Shown in pieces: positions 63,056-64,000 of a stretch of DNA of 64,000 nucleotides. The notes below the pieces were generated by a model. It was not told where the DNA came from, made no database searches, and saw only the letters and a program-made list of their open reading frames with translations. The DNA is from an uncultured Nitrososphaerales archaeon. GTDB taxonomy: Archaea; Thermoproteota; Nitrososphaeria; Nitrososphaerales; Nitrososphaeraceae. Position 1 is the stretch's first letter. Every line of letters begins with the position of its first letter. Where the stretch lies: NCBI GenBank assembly GCA_963695855.1, contig CAVOHZ010000010.1, positions 576,001 to 640,000 of the forward strand, written 5' to 3'. The position numbers and the translations under genes were made by a program.

Positions 63056-64000
63056 TCAATTAATCATGAAAAGCTTCAGGATTTTTTTTCCATCCTCGAA
63101 ATTGTTCAATTGTTCCTTTATGTCTTCAGTCTTTAATACATATTCTGTTCTTGGTTGACCATCGATTTCATATCTTAATATTAATTCGCCAACAACGGGA
63201 CTTTTTTCTTTTATTTTTTCTACATGGGGTATTAGGTATTCTGCGACTATTTCTAGAAATCGTGATATCAAAGTTTTATCATAATAAATCCTTTCATTGC
63301 TTCCATCTTTATCTATATAATGATCGATTGCTTTTTTACCATATAATTCAATATATACTAGTCTAAACCCATTTTGGAGGTTTAGAGGATCTATTGTTTT
63401 TTCGATATTTTTTATAATAGATTTACAGAGGTTAAAAATCTGTTTAAAATCCACAGTATCAAAAAAATCTTTTATCATAGGCATAATGTTCTTTTTTTCG
63501 TTGTTTACAATATAATCAATAGTTAATAGATCGCTTTTCTTAATCCATGTTTTTAATTCTTCGTTGTCAAATGTCTCATTAAAACATTTTTCAATTTCGT
63601 TACTCATTAAATTCAGATTAATTTCAATGATTTTATCAGTTTTGGAATTTGAAATTTCATTTGCTATTCCTAAAATAATATTTTTATTCTTTTCTAGTTT
63701 AATATGTGACAAGAAATAATTATCCAGAATAATCTTTTCTGGCTCTTTATTTGAATTTTCTTTATCATCTTCAATACTGGAAACCAATTTGAAAGATCTT
63801 TTTAGTTTTTTAGATATTGAGACTTTATATCCTATCGGGAAAACCAAGTTACGAATATTGAAATCTGACAGTTTTTGTTTCTGATTAAAAAAATTACTCG
63901 GTGAATCATCCATCGAGAAAGAATACGTTAAAACCTTAGAACCATCTTCATGCTCGTCTCTGTTGTCAATTATAATTGAATTTGTGTTTGTTATTTTATA
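63056..64000 (-). CDS. hypothetical protein, 5' part outside window
   Basis: Frame stays open 29 codons upstream of ATG 63913 to the window end. Confidence 0.7.
   Translation of the reverse strand, partial: YKITNTNSIIIDNRDEHEDGSKVLTYSFSMDDSPSNFFNQKQKLSDFNIRNLVFPIGYKVSISKKLKRSFKLVSSIEDDKENSNKEPEKIILDNYFLSHIKLEKNKNIILGIANEISNSKTDKIIEINLNLMSNEIEKCFNETFDNEELKTWIKKSDLLTIDYIVNNEKKNIMPMIKDFFDTVDFKQIFNLCKSIIKNIEKTIDPLNLQNGFRLVYIELYGKKAIDHYIDKDGSNERIYYDKTLISRFLEIVAEYLIPHVEKIKEKSPVVGELILRYEIDGQPRTEYVLKTEDIKEQLNNFEDGKKILKLFMIN

Noticed and set aside
6192-63366. Many ORF-track entries overlapping real genes (e.g. 6192-6452, 10599-10994, 22391-22816, 23425-24090, 42875-43537, 52777-53142, 56027-56344)
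   Set aside because: Antisense or out-of-frame shadows of well-supported genes, with no motifs of their own

Overview
AT-rich archaeal chromosome segment whose gene set and style (PCNA, RpoL, TFS, Lsm, CDC48, bacterial-type MetK, anaerobic cobalamin genes, FixABCX, intron-bearing tRNA, many TTG starts) point by inference to an ammonia-oxidising Nitrososphaeraceae archaeon, probably Nitrosocosmicus-like. Most of the window is housekeeping genes. It also holds a decayed accessory island (about 44.8-49.3 kb) with an integrase fragment split by an intact IS6, a nonsense-inactivated IS5, and an ASCH gene joined to an Mrr remnant. Two further IS relics lie elsewhere. The most notable observations are: a tRNA-Gln(CUG) with three BHB introns (10/11, 21/22, 37/38); a glutamate-racemase homolog with both catalytic Cys replaced by Ser, next to a stand-alone hydantoinase/oxoprolinase-A gene; a rhomboid protease with an Hsp20-like C-terminal domain; a frameshifted Rqc2/NFACT gene; and two small ORFs missing from the ORF track. 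No rRNA or CRISPR array was seen. All calls rest on motif recognition by eye; no searches were run.
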